NCBI GenBank assembly: GCA_903848905.1
Contig: CAINHP010000018.1
Span: forward strand, 1-58,189
DNA length: 58,189 nucleotides
Direction: 5' to 3'
Origin: an uncultured Pseudomonadota bacterium
Lineage (GTDB): Bacteria > Pseudomonadota > Gammaproteobacteria > Methylococcales > Methylomonadaceae
A program made the translations under genes and the position numbers. Below, piece by piece: positions 13,270 through 25,575 of this stretch (the first letter of the stretch is position 1; the number at the start of each line of letters is the position of its first letter). Below the pieces are notes generated by a model. That model was not told where the DNA came from and did not search any database. It worked only from the letters and a program-made list of their open reading frames with translations.

Positions 13270-14139
13270 TTAAACAGCGGCTGCACCAGCGACAATTTCT
13301 GAAATTTCCTGAGTAATAGCGGCCTGTCTAGCTTTGTTATAAATCAATTGCAATTCTTTAATTAAGTTACCCGCATTATCCGAAGCACTCTTCATTGCAA
13401 CCATTCGAGCAGCTTGCTCACAAGCATTATTTTCAACTAATCCTTGATAAACAATTGACTCTACATATCGCGTCAACAAATGATCCAATACCTCTTTAGC
13501 ATCAGGTTCATAAATATAATCCCAGTGCCGATTACTCAATTGTTCATCTAAATCACTTGGTACTATAGGCAAAAGCTGATCAATTGTAGGATGCTGCGTC
13601 ATGGTATTCACAAAACCATTACTCACTAGGTGCAGTTCGTCAATGTCACCCTGAACATAAGCATCCAACATCAATTTTATAACACCTATAATATCATTTA
13701 GATGCGGAGTATCACCCAGTTTTGCAACATGACCTATTACTTTGATTTTTTTAAGCCCGCCAAAAAAACCATAAGCTTTTGAACCCACAGTGCATACATC
13801 AACCTCAATACCCGCAGTATCCCAATGTTTTAGTTGCGTTAACACTTTTCTAAATAAATTAGAATTTAGACCGCCACACAGTCCACGATCTGAGCTAATT
13901 GCAATAACGCCAACTCGCTTAACATCACGTTTAACGAGAAATGAATGCTTATATTCAGGATTAGCATGAGCAAGATGTTTAATAATCTTTGCTATCTTCT
14001 TAGAATATGGACGTGTTGCCAACATTCTATCCTTCGTTTTACGCATTTTGCTTGCAGCAACCATTTCCATGGCGCGAGTAATCTTCTGTGTATTCTTAAT
14101 ACTGGCAATCTTTGTGCGTATCTCTTTACCAACAGCCAT
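13270..14139 (-). CDS. atpG: F1 ATP synthase gamma subunit
   Basis: 289 aa. N-terminal [30 protein letters not shown] and C-terminal [15 protein letters not shown]. Confidence 0.97.
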   Translation of the reverse strand: MAVGKEIRTKIASIKNTQKITRAMEMVAASKMRKTKDRMLATRPYSKKIAKIIKHLAHANPEYKHSFLVKRDVKRVGVIAISSDRGLCGGLNSNLFRKVLTQLKHWDTAGIEVDVCTVGSKAYGFFGGLKKIKVIGHVAKLGDTPHLNDIIGVIKLMLDAYVQGDIDELHLVSNGFVNTMTQHPTIDQLLPIVPSDLDEQLSNRHWDYIYEPDAKEVLDHLLTRYVESIVYQGLVENNACEQAARMVAMKSASDNAGNLIKELQLIYNKARQAAITQEISEIVAGAAAV

Positions 14140-14151
14140 AAGAAGACCTTT

Positions 14152-15693
14152 TTACCAACTGTGAGTTTTTACAAACGTTTCAATGCCTGATCGAATGCTT
14201 GAGCTAATTTCATTATTGAAATCACCCGTTGCATTAATTGAGTCCATTAATTCCGTATGTTCCGATTTAAAATATGAAAGCAACGCAGCTTCAAAATCCA
14301 AAACTTTATTCACTTCAATATTATCAAGGAAGCCTTCATTAGCAGCAAAGAGTGAAACACCCATTTGCGCAACAGACATCGGAGAATATTGCTTTTGCTT
14401 CATTAATTCAGTTACGCGTTGACCACGTTCAATTTGCTTACGTGTACTTTCATCTAAATCAGAGGCAAATTGCGCAAAAGCGGCTAATTCACGATATTGA
14501 GCTAAATCTAAACGCGTACCACCACCTAATTTTTTGATGATCTTTGTTTGTGCTGCACCACCTACTCGAGATACTGACAAACCAGCATTAACAGCAGGTC
14601 GAATACCAGAGTTAAACAAATTACTTTCTAAGAAGATTTGACCATCCGTAATTGAAATCACGTTAGTTGGAACGAAAGCTGATACGTCGCCGCCTTGTGT
14701 TTCAATAATTGGCAACGCAGTAAGCGATCCAGTTTTACCGATCACTCGCCCACCAGTCAACTTTTCAACTTCTTTTGCATTGATACGTGACGCGCGTTCA
14801 AGTAACCGTGAATGCAAATAGAAAACGTCACCAGGATAAGCTTCACGTCCCGGCGGTCTTCTGAGCAATAATGATACCTGACGATAAGCCCATGCTTGCT
14901 TGGTTAAATCATCGTAAATAATTAACGCATCTTCACCTTGATCACGGAAAAACTCACCCATGGTGCAACCAGTGTAAGGTGCGATAAATTGAAGTGCCGC
15001 TGATTCTGATGCTGATGCAACTACAATAATTGTATGTGCAAGCGCATCATGTTCTTCCAATTTACGAACAACATTGGCAACCGACGACCGTTTTTGACCA
15101 ATCGCAACGTAGATACATTTAATGCCAGTCCCTTTTTGATTGATAATTGCATCAACGGCAATAGCAGTCTTACCTGTTTGTCTATCACCAATGATTAATT
15201 CACGTTGACCACGACCTACAGGAATCATAGAGTCAATTGATTTCAAACCTAATTGCACAGGTTGATCGACAGATTGACGAGCAATTACACCCGGTGCGAT
15301 TTTTTCGATAGGGGACGTTTCAACACAATTGATTGGCCCTTTGCCATCAATCGGATTACCTAGCGCATCAACAACGCGACCTAAAAGAGCCTCACCTACT
15401 GGCACTTCCAGAATTTTCCCGGTACATCTAACTGTATCGCCTTCAGAAATATGTTGATAAGCACCTAGAATAACCGCACCGACAGAGTCTCTTTCTAAAT
15501 TAAGTGCCATACCAAAAGTATGATCAGGAAACTCTAACATTTCCCCTTGCATAGCTTGAGAAAGACCGTGAATTCTCACAATCCCGTCAGTTACGCTGAC
15601 AACGGTGCCTTCTGTGTGGACTTGTGTGCTTAAGTCGAAGTTTTCGATCTTCTTTTTAATCAGATCACTGATTTCAGATGGATTTAATTGCAT
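14152..15693 (-). CDS. atpA: F1 ATP synthase alpha subunit
   Basis: 513 aa. Walker A GDRQTGKT. Confidence 0.98.
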   Translation of the reverse strand: MQLNPSEISDLIKKKIENFDLSTQVHTEGTVVSVTDGIVRIHGLSQAMQGEMLEFPDHTFGMALNLERDSVGAVILGAYQHISEGDTVRCTGKILEVPVGEALLGRVVDALGNPIDGKGPINCVETSPIEKIAPGVIARQSVDQPVQLGLKSIDSMIPVGRGQRELIIGDRQTGKTAIAVDAIINQKGTGIKCIYVAIGQKRSSVANVVRKLEEHDALAHTIIVVASASESAALQFIAPYTGCTMGEFFRDQGEDALIIYDDLTKQAWAYRQVSLLLRRPPGREAYPGDVFYLHSRLLERASRINAKEVEKLTGGRVIGKTGSLTALPIIETQGGDVSAFVPTNVISITDGQIFLESNLFNSGIRPAVNAGLSVSRVGGAAQTKIIKKLGGGTRLDLAQYRELAAFAQFASDLDESTRKQIERGQRVTELMKQKQYSPMSVAQMGVSLFAANEGFLDNIEVNKVLDFEAALLSYFKSEHTELMDSINATGDFNNEISSSIRSGIETFVKTHSW

Positions 15694-15713
15694 GTGGTTT
15701 TCTCGCTCTAAAT

Positions 15714-16244
15714 TTAGAGTCTTTGTGCTAATTGTTGAAGTTGCCCTCTAATCGAACCGTCAATTACTTGATCTCCTGCTCGAACTAGAACGCCACCTAT
15801 TAATGACGAGTCAACAACGACTTTCATGTTGACTTTTTTGCCAAAGTTTTTTTCAAGCACTTCATTAAAATGCTGTTTAGATTCTTTGGTAAAAGCATAA
15901 GCAGTCGTCACATCAATATCGATAAAGCCTTCATCTTCTGCTTTATACGTTTCAAATAATTCCACAATAAAGGGAATTAGGTTCAACCTATTATTTTCAA
16001 TAAGTAGCTTTAATAAATTGCCACCTTCTTGATCAAGCTGATCAGCACAGATATCTAGTAATAATGTAAGCAACCTAGCTCTTCCAACTTTGGGATCATC
16101 AATCATCCCAAATATTGCATTATCATTTAATACTGCCGCCAAAAAAGATAAATTCTTTGACCATTTCTTAGATGAATTTGTTTCTTTTGCACGCTTAAAT
16201 ACGGCAACAGCGTAAGGTCTTGCCAATGTTGCTATTTCGTTCAT
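15714..16244 (-). CDS. atpH: F1 ATP synthase delta subunit (OSCP)
   Basis: 176 aa. [10 protein letters not shown]-terminus. Lies between atpF and atpA. Confidence 0.92.
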   Translation of the reverse strand: MNEIATLARPYAVAVFKRAKETNSSKKWSKNLSFLAAVLNDNAIFGMIDDPKVGRARLLTLLLDICADQLDQEGGNLLKLLIENNRLNLIPFIVELFETYKAEDEGFIDIDVTTAYAFTKESKQHFNEVLEKNFGKKVNMKVVVDSSLIGGVLVRAGDQVIDGSIRGQLQQLAQRL

Positions 16245-16249
16245 GACGT

Positions 16250-16723
16250 TTAGCCTAATTGGTTAGAAACTTTATTAAGAATATCTTGGTGTTTAGCTTT
16301 ATCGATTTCTGCACCTAAAATTTGTTGCGCAGCCGCCAAAGCCAATGATGTTACTTCTTGACGTAATCCGTCTTTTGCTTGCTGAATTTCTTGATCAATT
16401 TGTGCTTTTGCAGACAAAATTAAACGCGCACCTTCATGTTTCGCATTTTCTTTTGATTCTTCCACAATCTCATTAGCACGCTTTTGAGCAAGCGATACAA
16501 TTTCAGCCGAACGATCTTTAGCTTCTTTCAGAACAATAATAGCCTTTTTCTCAGCCAATACAATTTGCTCTTGCCCTTTTTCTGCAGCCGCTAAACCGTC
16601 AGCAATCTTCTTTTTTCTTTCTTCTAAAGAGTCAAATAACGGTGGCCAAATGTACTTCATGGTAAACCATACCAGAAGTGCAAAGGTAATCATTTGCCCA
16701 ATCAGAGTAGCATTGATACTCAC
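16250..16723 (-). CDS. atpF: F0 ATP synthase subunit b
   Basis: 157 aa. One N-terminal TM helix followed by a long charged helix. Confidence 0.92.
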   Translation of the reverse strand: MSINATLIGQMITFALLVWFTMKYIWPPLFDSLEERKKKIADGLAAAEKGQEQIVLAEKKAIIVLKEAKDRSAEIVSLAQKRANEIVEESKENAKHEGARLILSAKAQIDQEIQQAKDGLRQEVTSLALAAAQQILGAEIDKAKHQDILNKVSNQLG

Positions 16724-16761
16724 GATGCGTTCCTATTGTTGCGATTAAAAAAAAACAGCAT

Positions 16762-17064
<303 letters not shown>

Positions 17065-17124
17065 TTATAAAAAATGTAAAAAAATAAAAAGTAAACTTAA
17101 TTAAAATAATATGTTTGAATTATT

Positions 17125-17907
<783 letters not shown>

Positions 17908-17931
17908 TCACTTAATTTTTAACTTAATAAC

Positions 17932-18288
17932 TTAACGCATGAGTAGTGCGAACCAAAAAACCGATAACGCACTCACATAACATGTTAACAGTGGTAATAA
18001 TTTTATATCTGGCATTTTGTACACGAGAAAGAACAGTATAACTGTCATGAAAAGCTTAATTGACTCACTCGCGTAGAAAGAATTTATGAATTTTTTTGCC
18101 TCTAACTTGAATGATCTCATCAAACGTATCCCTAAATAGGCATTTGGAATAATCGCAACCAACCCACCTAAAAATGCAAACTTTCCGCTTACCTCATCTA
18201 ACGTTAATGTGAAAATCACACTAATAACCAACGTTATTAAAATTTGATATGCAATAATTTTAATAATTGATGATGCGTTTGCAATCAT
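17932..18288 (-). CDS. atpI: ATP synthase protein I
   Basis: 118-aa polytopic membrane protein, first gene of the atp operon. Confidence 0.8.
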   Translation of the reverse strand: MIANASSIIKIIAYQILITLVISVIFTLTLDEVSGKFAFLGGLVAIIPNAYLGIRLMRSFKLEAKKFINSFYASESIKLFMTVILFFLVYKMPDIKLLPLLTCYVSALSVFWFALLMR

Positions 18289-18322
18289 AAATTCAATTTA
18301 AAAGGCTAAATATATTCTGGTG

Positions 18323-18351
18323 ATTATATAGAGCGAATCATGTTAAATCAA
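18323..18351 (-). promoter_or_regulatory. Putative sigma-70 promoter of the atp operon
   Basis: The minus strand reads TTGATT, a 17-nt spacer, then TATAAT. The -10 hexamer ends about 35 nt upstream of the atpI start. Confidence 0.5.
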
Positions 18352-18380
18352 GGCAGTTTCAAGATTGATTGATTTTTTAG

Positions 18381-19229
18381 TTAAACTATTTTACTTAAAA
18401 TACCATTGAGTTCTTCTTGCGTAGTGTAGAAAAAAACCAATTTTCCACTTCCATTTTTTTTACTTTCCACTTTTAGCCTACCGTCAAACTTAAGATCTAA
18501 TTCAGCCTGAAATTGTGTAGTTTGTGTATCAATGCGCGTTGCGTCATCCATCTGATTCGGATTCAATATACCTTTTACTAATTGCTCTGTTAATCGCACC
18601 GACAATCCTTGATTAACTATTTTGCGTGCCACCAAAATTTGCTGTTCTCCAATCAAAGACAGCAATGCTCGCGCATGTCCCATATCCAATTGATTGTTCA
18701 ACAACATTTTCTTTACTTCTGGCTGTAATTCCAGCAAACGCAACAAATTTGTAATCGTGGCTCTTGATTTCCCAACAGCATCTGCAACTTGTTGATGTGT
18801 CATGGTGAATTCTGTTAATAAACGATGCAGCGCCTCTGCTTCTTCTAACGCATTTAAATCTTCTCGCTGGATATTCTCAATCAACGCAATGGCAATAGCG
18901 GTGCGATCATCCATTTCTTTAATAATGACAGGCACATGATGCAAACCGGCAATCTGGGCAGCTCGCCATCTGCGCTCACCAGCTATAATTTCATAGCGCC
19001 CATGTGAAATACCACGGACAATAATAGGCTGAACAATCCCTTGCATCGCAATTGAATTCGCTAGTTCCTGCAGCTTTTCTTGATTTATATCTCTACGCGG
19101 CTGATATTTTCCTCGCTGCAACACGTCTATGGGCAGTGAATGACTTCCCATTTCATCTTTTGATGTAATGGGCATTTCACCCAAGAGCGCATCCAACCCT
19201 CGCCCTAAGCCTCGTTTTTTTACATTCAT
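18381..19229 (-). CDS. parB: Chromosome partitioning protein ParB/Spo0J
   Basis: 282 aa. N-terminal KKRGLGRGLDALL peptide, the ParB box GERRWRAA, and an HTH region. Confidence 0.96.
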   Translation of the reverse strand: MNVKKRGLGRGLDALLGEMPITSKDEMGSHSLPIDVLQRGKYQPRRDINQEKLQELANSIAMQGIVQPIIVRGISHGRYEIIAGERRWRAAQIAGLHHVPVIIKEMDDRTAIAIALIENIQREDLNALEEAEALHRLLTEFTMTHQQVADAVGKSRATITNLLRLLELQPEVKKMLLNNQLDMGHARALLSLIGEQQILVARKIVNQGLSVRLTEQLVKGILNPNQMDDATRIDTQTTQFQAELDLKFDGRLKVESKKNGSGKLVFFYTTQEELNGILSKIV

Positions 19230-19450
19230 GATAATGTTGAGTTATGTGTATTAAAAAAATCGAGTTGTTGAACTAATTGTTCAAATGTATCGAGCAATTG
19301 CTTTAGTTGTTGCGCTTCTAAAAGCAGTTGTTCCTTCTGCTGTACAAGTAAATTTTTTTGTTCAAGTTTTAACGATACGTTTTTTTCACTAGGCACTTCA
19401 CTAAGTAAAGCTTCAAGTCCGCGACCTAAACGTGGTGCTTTAGTTGCCAT
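19226..19450 (-). CDS. Small protein with a ParB-N-terminal-like LGRGLEALL peptide and a coiled-coil-like tail (uncharacterised)
   Basis: MATKAPRLGRGLEALLSE... followed by a Leu/Gln/Glu-rich tail. The ORF track start at 19465 is also possible. It overlaps the parA 3' end and shares ATGA with the parB start. It fills the whole 210-nt parA-parB gap. Confidence 0.55.
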   Translation of the reverse strand: MATKAPRLGRGLEALLSEVPSEKNVSLKLEQKNLLVQQKEQLLLEAQQLKQLLDTFEQLVQQLDFFNTHNSTLS

Positions 19451-20219
19451 TTTCACCTGCCGCATTTGCTAATATTTCTTTTGCTAACGCCATGTAGGCG
19501 ATAGCCCCCCTGGAGCTTTTATCATAATTAAGCACGGGCAAACCATGACTTGGGGCTTCTGCAACACGGATATTACGTGGAATACAAACTTTAAACACAT
19601 CCGTTCCAAAATAACGAATCAACTGTTCAGACACATCTTTTGTTAAACGATTTCTATCGTCAAACATCGTCCGTAAAATACCCTCTAAATGCAATGTTTT
19701 ATTGACCGTACTTTGAATATTTTTCAAAGTATTCATTAACGCTGAAATCCCCTCTAGCGCGTAATATTCGCATTGCATTGGAATAAGCAAACTATTTGCC
19801 GCCACCATCGCATTAAGCGTCAACATATTGAGAGATGGTGGGCAGTCAATAAGTATATAATCATAGTTCGATCTAATTTTTTCTAAGGCATGTGCAAGTC
19901 TTAACTCTTTACGTTCAGCCTGCATCAATTCAACTTCCGCAGCAGTTAAATCCGCATTTCCCGCAATCACATCAAATTTTAACGAAGGCAAATGAATAAC
20001 TGTTTGTGAAGCCTCAACCACTTCCATTAACAAATCATAACCAGAATGCGTAATATCATGCTTATCTATCCCGCACCCCATTGCTGCATTACCTTGCGGA
20101 TCCAAATCTACAAGTAATACTCGCTTTTTTAATGAAGCCAGTGACGCTGCCAGATTAACACTAGTGGTTGTCTTTCCCACGCCACCTTTTTGATTTGTAA
20201 TGGCAATAATTTTTCCCAC
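19440..20219 (-). CDS. parA: Chromosome partitioning ATPase ParA/Soj
   Basis: 259 aa. Deviant Walker A NQKGGVGKTT. Lies in the rsmG-parA-parB context. Confidence 0.96.
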   Translation of the reverse strand: MGKIIAITNQKGGVGKTTTSVNLAASLASLKKRVLLVDLDPQGNAAMGCGIDKHDITHSGYDLLMEVVEASQTVIHLPSLKFDVIAGNADLTAAEVELMQAERKELRLAHALEKIRSNYDYILIDCPPSLNMLTLNAMVAANSLLIPMQCEYYALEGISALMNTLKNIQSTVNKTLHLEGILRTMFDDRNRLTKDVSEQLIRYFGTDVFKVCIPRNIRVAEAPSHGLPVLNYDKSSRGAIAYMALAKEILANAAGENGN

Positions 20220-20235
20220 GTTTTTTCCTCAACTG

Positions 20236-20853
20236 TTAAGAAATTTGTATTTTAACTAAACAACGTTCAGCTTCAATGTGCGGTACGTTAAGCGATATTA
20301 ATGTCGTTTTTGCCTTGATATCTTGCAACTCCTCTTGAGGAATCTGACCTTTCATGCAAAGTAACACGCCATTTTTGTCTAAAACATGTTGCGTTAAATC
20401 AATAATTTCAGGCAAACTCGCAAATGCACGGGTCAGCACCATATCAAATCTATTTTCTATTATAAATTCTTCTATGCGACTATGCGTCACTTTGACATTG
20501 GGTAATTTCAATTCCAATATAGCCTGTTGAACGAAGCGCGTTTTTTTTGCGTTACTATCTATCAATTGAAACTCGATATCTGGCCGACAAATTGCGAGCG
20601 GTATTCCTGGTAAACCTGCCCCAGTGCCAACATCCATAATATGCGACCCTTGCAGGTAAGGCAAAATTGCTAGACTATCAAGTAAATGTAAATTCACCAT
20701 GTCTTTGCGATGGCGAATTGCAGTCAAATTATAGGTTTTATTCCATTTCTCTATTAAATAAATAAATGCCAACAATTTAGATACCATCTCATCGCTAACC
20801 GAAATATTTAGGACGCTCAAACCTTCACATAATAATTTTTCGTCTTGATTCAT
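20236..20853 (-). CDS. rsmG: 16S rRNA m7G527 methyltransferase RsmG (GidB)
   Basis: 205 aa. SAM motif [15 protein letters not shown]. Lies downstream of mnmG. Confidence 0.94.
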   Translation of the reverse strand: MNQDEKLLCEGLSVLNISVSDEMVSKLLAFIYLIEKWNKTYNLTAIRHRKDMVNLHLLDSLAILPYLQGSHIMDVGTGAGLPGIPLAICRPDIEFQLIDSNAKKTRFVQQAILELKLPNVKVTHSRIEEFIIENRFDMVLTRAFASLPEIIDLTQHVLDKNGVLLCMKGQIPQEELQDIKAKTTLISLNVPHIEAERCLVKIQIS

Positions 20854-22721
20854 GCTGCTTTCTTTTTCAAATACACCAACAATAATGAAATAGCCGCAGG
20901 CGTAATTCCTTGCATTCGCGAAGCTTGCCCTAACGTTTCTGGGCGTTGTTTTTGTAATTTCTCAGACACTTCATTTGATAATCCTAACACCGCTTTATAA
21001 TCTAACGTAGTCGGTAATTTCAAATGATCATAACGCAGAGATTTATCTATATCTGCCTGTTGCCGAGTGATATAGCCTTGATATTTCGATTGAATTTCAA
21101 CTTGCTCTGCCACATCATCCGCAAACTCGTGACCATCATCTAAAAACGATAATAAATTTTTAATATCAACTTCTGGTCGACGAAGCAACTCTGTCAGATT
21201 CGCTTCTTTATTTAATGATTTACCCCAAAACTGCTCTACTTTTTGCGCATTTTCAGTATCAGTATGAATCCATTTTTGTTTTAGGTTTTGCTGCAATTTA
21301 TCAATGTTTTCGCGCTTAATTTCAAAAGCCCGCCAACGTTTATCATCCACTAAATTTAATTCACGTCCTTTTTGCGTTAAACGTAAATCCGCATTATCCT
21401 CACGTAAAAGCAAACGATATTCTGCACGACTGGTAAACATTCGATAAGGCTCTTGGGTTCCACGTGTAATTAAATCATCAATCATCACACCAATATACGC
21501 TTCATCTCGACGCGGGCACCACCCTTCAAGACCTTGCGTCAATCGAGCTGCATTTAAACCCGCAATTAAACCTTGCGCAGCAGCTTCTTCATAACCAGTT
21601 GTACCATTAATTTGACCCGCGAAAAATAAACCGTCCAAATGTTTTGACTCAAGTGTCATTTTTAAATCACGAGGATCAAAAAAATCGTATTCAATCGCAT
21701 AACCTGGACGCATAATTTGCGCATTTTCAAATCCTAGCATCGAACGCACAAATTCATATTGCACATCAAAGGGTAAACTTGTTGAGATACCATTTGGATA
21801 AATTTCGTGTGTTGTTAACCCTTCTGGCTCAATAAAAATTTGATGCGAATCGCGATCTGCAAAGCGAACGATTTTATCTTCAATAGAAGGGCAATAGCGT
21901 GGTCCTATACCTTCAATTACGCCAGAGTATAAAGGCGATCTATCAAGACCATTTCGAATAATATCATGGGTTTTTTCATTAGTGCGCGTGATATAACAGG
22001 GTATTTGCTTTGGATGCTGCTCAGCATTGCCTAAAAAAGAAAAAACAGGCACGGGCGTGTCGCCATGCTGTTCTTCTAATACGGAAAAATTAATCGTTCG
22101 CGCGTCAATACGCGGCGGTGTTCCTGTTTTGAGTCGATCAATGCGCAAAGGTAATTCATGTAATCGCGCCGCTAATGCAACAGAAGCAGAGTCACCCGCT
22201 CTCCCACCACTGTAATTTTCAAGGCCAATATGAATTTTGCCCGCCAAAAAAGTTCCCGCTGTCAAAACGACTGATCGCGCCATAAAATCAAGGCCCATCA
22301 AGGTTTTCACGCCAATCACTTGTGATCCCTGAATGATTAAATCAGCAACAGTTTGCTGAAACAACATTAAGTTCGGCTGATTTTCCAATGCGTGGCGAAT
22401 GGCTTGCTTATAAAGCTGACGATCGGCTTGCGCACGGGTTGCTCGAACCGCTGGCCCCTTACTTGCGTTGAGAATACGAAATTGAATACCACCCAAATCA
22501 ATGGCTTGCGCCATAATACCGCCAAGCGCATCAATTTCTTTAACCAAATGCCCTTTGCCAATTCCACCAATTGCAGGGTTGCAACTCATTTGCCCGAGCG
22601 TGTCAATATTTTGAGTCAAAAGCAATGTTTGCGCCCCAGTCCGAGCCGCTGCAAGCGCAGCTTCAGTCCCCGCGTGACCACCACCCACCACAATAACGTC
22701 AAATTCTTTTTTAAATTTCAT
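20850..22721 (-). CDS. mnmG: tRNA uridine 5-carboxymethylaminomethyl modification enzyme MnmG (GidA)
   Basis: 623 aa. FAD motif [12 protein letters not shown]. Confidence 0.97.
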   Translation of the reverse strand: MKFKKEFDVIVVGGGHAGTEAALAAARTGAQTLLLTQNIDTLGQMSCNPAIGGIGKGHLVKEIDALGGIMAQAIDLGGIQFRILNASKGPAVRATRAQADRQLYKQAIRHALENQPNLMLFQQTVADLIIQGSQVIGVKTLMGLDFMARSVVLTAGTFLAGKIHIGLENYSGGRAGDSASVALAARLHELPLRIDRLKTGTPPRIDARTINFSVLEEQHGDTPVPVFSFLGNAEQHPKQIPCYITRTNEKTHDIIRNGLDRSPLYSGVIEGIGPRYCPSIEDKIVRFADRDSHQIFIEPEGLTTHEIYPNGISTSLPFDVQYEFVRSMLGFENAQIMRPGYAIEYDFFDPRDLKMTLESKHLDGLFFAGQINGTTGYEEAAAQGLIAGLNAARLTQGLEGWCPRRDEAYIGVMIDDLITRGTQEPYRMFTSRAEYRLLLREDNADLRLTQKGRELNLVDDKRWRAFEIKRENIDKLQQNLKQKWIHTDTENAQKVEQFWGKSLNKEANLTELLRRPEVDIKNLLSFLDDGHEFADDVAEQVEIQSKYQGYITRQQADIDKSLRYDHLKLPTTLDYKAVLGLSNEVSEKLQKQRPETLGQASRMQGITPAAISLLLVYLKKKAA

Positions 22722-23382
22722 TTTGTATTAAAGCCACAAGTTCAGGTAAGGAATTGAGGGTATAGGTTGCATTCAAATCAGCCATCGTATATTGCCCAGC
22801 GTAACCATAAGACACCGCAACCGTTTTAAAATCTGCCTGATTTCCTGCACTAATATCGTTAATTGAATCACCTATCATCCACGTTCTGCTTGGATCTACA
22901 CCTATTTTTTTCGCAGTTTCAAGTAACGGTATTGGACTGGGTTTCATTTCAGAAAACGTATCACCTGATGCAATAAAATCAAAATAAGGGGCAAGTCCCG
23001 CTGTTTCCATCAAAGGATTAGTGAAACGAGCTGTTTTATTTGTGACGCAAGCAAGCTTCAATCCTATTCCTTTTAATTCTTGCAACGTATTTAGTACACC
23101 GTCATATAAACGACTATGTACCCAATCATTCGCAGCGTAATACGTTTTAAATAGCGCAAACGCTGCGTCAAAATCTACCGGATCTGATTCAACGTACCAA
23201 CCTCCAACGAGTGAGCGCTTCACTAGCACATCAGCACCATTACCAATCCACTGTTGAATACTTGCCTGTGAATGCAGAGGTTTATTTAATTTTGACAGTG
23301 CAAAATTGACCGCCTCGACCAAATCAGGGGCAGAATCAATCAACGTACCATCTAAATCAAAAATAATCAGCTCCGGTTTCAT
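22711..23382 (-). CDS. gph: Phosphoglycolate phosphatase (HAD superfamily)
   Basis: 223 aa. HAD motif [12 protein letters not shown] and motif IV GDSINDI. Follows rpe, as in many Gammaproteobacteria. Confidence 0.8.
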   Translation of the reverse strand: MKPELIIFDLDGTLIDSAPDLVEAVNFALSKLNKPLHSQASIQQWIGNGADVLVKRSLVGGWYVESDPVDFDAAFALFKTYYAANDWVHSRLYDGVLNTLQELKGIGLKLACVTNKTARFTNPLMETAGLAPYFDFIASGDTFSEMKPSPIPLLETAKKIGVDPSRTWMIGDSINDISAGNQADFKTVAVSYGYAGQYTMADLNATYTLNSLPELVALIQNEI

Positions 23383-23387
23383 CGTAA

Positions 23388-24059
23388 TTAAACTGCCTTT
23401 GCAAGCTCTGCACGCATTTCATCAATGACTTTTTTATAGTCAGGTTGACTGAAAATGGCTGATCCCGCTACAAATGTATCTGCACCTGCAGCTTTAATTT
23501 CACGGATATTATCCACTTTAACACCGCCATCAATTTCAAGGCGAATATTACGTCCACTTTCATCAATACGTTTTCTCACTTCACGCAACTTCGTCAATGC
23601 TGAAGGAATAAATGATTGTCCGCCAAATCCTGGATTGACAGACATTAATAAAATTATATCGATTTTATCCATCACATAATCTAAATAATGCAATGGTGTA
23701 CTTGGATTAAAAACTAAACCTGTTTGGCAACCGTGATCTTTAATCAATTGCAACGTGCGATCAACATGAACAGAGGCTTCGGGGTGAAACGTAATAATAC
23801 TTGCACCCGCTTTTGCGAAATCAGGAATAATTCTATCCACAGGCTCGATCATCAAATGCACGTCAATTGGTGCTGTCACGCCATGTTTACGTAGTGCTTC
23901 ACACACCAACGGCCCAATTGTAAGATTTGGCACAAAGTGGTTATCCATCACGTCAAAATGCACAACATCAGCACCCGCTTTTAATACGTTATCCACTTCT
24001 TCGCCTAATTTTGCAAAGTTTGCAGATAAAATCGAAGGTGCAATCCAATTATCATTCAT
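23388..24059 (-). CDS. rpe: Ribulose-phosphate 3-epimerase
   Basis: 223 aa. [30 protein letters not shown]. Confidence 0.96.
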   Translation of the reverse strand: MNDNWIAPSILSANFAKLGEEVDNVLKAGADVVHFDVMDNHFVPNLTIGPLVCEALRKHGVTAPIDVHLMIEPVDRIIPDFAKAGASIITFHPEASVHVDRTLQLIKDHGCQTGLVFNPSTPLHYLDYVMDKIDIILLMSVNPGFGGQSFIPSALTKLREVRKRIDESGRNIRLEIDGGVKVDNIREIKAAGADTFVAGSAIFSQPDYKKVIDEMRAELAKAV

Positions 24060-24084
24060 AGGTAAATCCTCTTTATACTTAAAA

Positions 24085-24119
24085 TTAAAAAATAGTTAAT
24101 TAAAGGCATTAGTGCCTTT
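24085..24119 (-). terminator. Possible terminator after the lipoprotein gene
   Basis: Hairpin aaaggca-ttag-tgccttt (24102-24119). On the minus strand the T-run begins only about 9 nt after the stem, so the call is weak. Confidence 0.35.
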
Positions 24120-24159
24120 ATGGGCTATAAAAAGCCAAAAATTGATTGTCGATAAATGC

Positions 24160-24753
24160 TTATTCTGTTTTGATGTCGTCATGTAGTAGAAGATAAATCG
24201 CGTCAATCAATCCCTCACTATCATTACTCGCTTTAATGACTACACCATCGTTATTTTGTGATTTTTGCTCATTGCGACTCGCTAATTCAGCTTGAATTAG
24301 CGTATCATCCCCTTGAGATGAAAGCGTCAGCAAATAGATCGTTTTTGATTCTTCTTCGTTTAAGAAATTAATGACATTGGTTAAAACACCCTGTGAATGG
24401 TAATTAACGTAGTAATTGTATTTACCTTTTTCATAATCGGTAATTTTAATATCACTCTGTTTCAGCGCCATTCCTAGTGTACGCCATGCCTGCGTTATGG
24501 GCTGTTTAATCAGTACGCGCTTATTCTCAACGTCACCCAATAGCGTGACAGTCGAATTGAGTCCTGGACGTTTTTTCTTAGGTTCGATACTGTCATCAAT
24601 AATTACATTGCTATTTTGTGTTTTTTGTTGCAAAGCTAATGTGGGCGGTCGCTCAAGCATTGCTGTATCACGATAACGACTACTCCCACTCGAACACGAC
24701 AGGACAAGAAAGCTTAACGCGAGAATCACTGCTCCATTTTGTTTCTTAATCAT
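24160..24753 (-). CDS. Outer-membrane-type lipoprotein with a BamC/NlpB-like N-terminal region (short form)
   Basis: 197 aa. Lipobox LVLSC followed by SSGSSRY, which resembles E. coli BamC CSSDSRY. There is no Asp at +2. Starts 3 nt after the C-N hydrolase gene. Confidence 0.45.
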   Translation of the reverse strand: MIKKQNGAVILALSFLVLSCSSGSSRYRDTAMLERPPTLALQQKTQNSNVIIDDSIEPKKKRPGLNSTVTLLGDVENKRVLIKQPITQAWRTLGMALKQSDIKITDYEKGKYNYYVNYHSQGVLTNVINFLNEEESKTIYLLTLSSQGDDTLIQAELASRNEQKSQNNDGVVIKASNDSEGLIDAIYLLLHDDIKTE

Positions 24754-24756
24754 ATT

Positions 24757-25575
24757 TTATTCACAATAAAACAGGCGATGCGTCAAAACTGGAAAACCTG
24801 CGCGCACTTTAACCAATCTTTCATGATCAATTTCTGCAGATACAAACCCACTGCCCGTTTTATAACAATCCAGTACCACACCCCATGGATCAATAATCAT
24901 GCTATGACCGTAAGTTCGGCGACCATTTTTATGGAAGCCTCCTTGATTAGGTGCGATGATGTAACATAAATTCTCCACAGCACGAGCGCGTAATAATAAT
25001 TCCCAATGTGCGGCGCCTGTTTCAGCAGTAAACGCAGAAGGCACAATAATCACTTCGGCACCTTGCTCACTCATTTTGCGGAAAAATTCAGGAAAACGTA
25101 AATCATAACAAACTGCAATACCCACTCGCCCAAAAGGTGTATCAATGACTAATGCTTGATTACCTGCTTCAATTGAATCCGATTCACGATAAATTTCATT
25201 AGTATTAGGAACATGTACGTCAAACAAATGGACTTTGTCATAACGCGCCACACGTTGTCCTAAATGATTGTAAATTAAACACGCAGCACGAACTTTGTGC
25301 TCATCAGCACCTGCGATTGGAATCGTGCCACCAACAATCCATACACCGTATTTTTTTGCAGTTGTTTCTAAAAAATTTTGAATAATGCCTAGACCATCCG
25401 CTTCCTTCGCGTGAACCTTATCGAGTTCATTATTACCCATTAACGCAAAATTTTCAGGCAATGCGACTAATTTTGCCCCTGATTTTACCGCTTCAGCAAT
25501 CAGTTTTTCTGCTTCTAATAAATTTGCGCTAATATTTGGACTTGACGCCATTTGAATGGCAGCACATTTACTCAT
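24757..25575 (-). CDS. Carbon-nitrogen hydrolase (nitrilase superfamily, omega-amidase-like)
   Basis: 272 aa. Glu-Lys-Cys triad context (LPENF, YDKVHLF, AVCYDLRFPE). Overlaps the yhdP 3' end by 8 nt. Confidence 0.85.
   Translation of the reverse strand: MSKCAAIQMASSPNISANLLEAEKLIAEAVKSGAKLVALPENFALMGNNELDKVHAKEADGLGIIQNFLETTAKKYGVWIVGGTIPIAGADEHKVRAACLIYNHLGQRVARYDKVHLFDVHVPNTNEIYRESDSIEAGNQALVIDTPFGRVGIAVCYDLRFPEFFRKMSEQGAEVIIVPSAFTAETGAAHWELLLRARAVENLCYIIAPNQGGFHKNGRRTYGHSMIIDPWGVVLDCYKTGSGFVSAEIDHERLVKVRAGFPVLTHRLFYCE

Noticed and set aside
22700-22760. An oriC next to mnmG (gidA), as in E. coli.
   Set aside because: There is no intergenic space. The gph 3' end overlaps the mnmG start by 11 nt.
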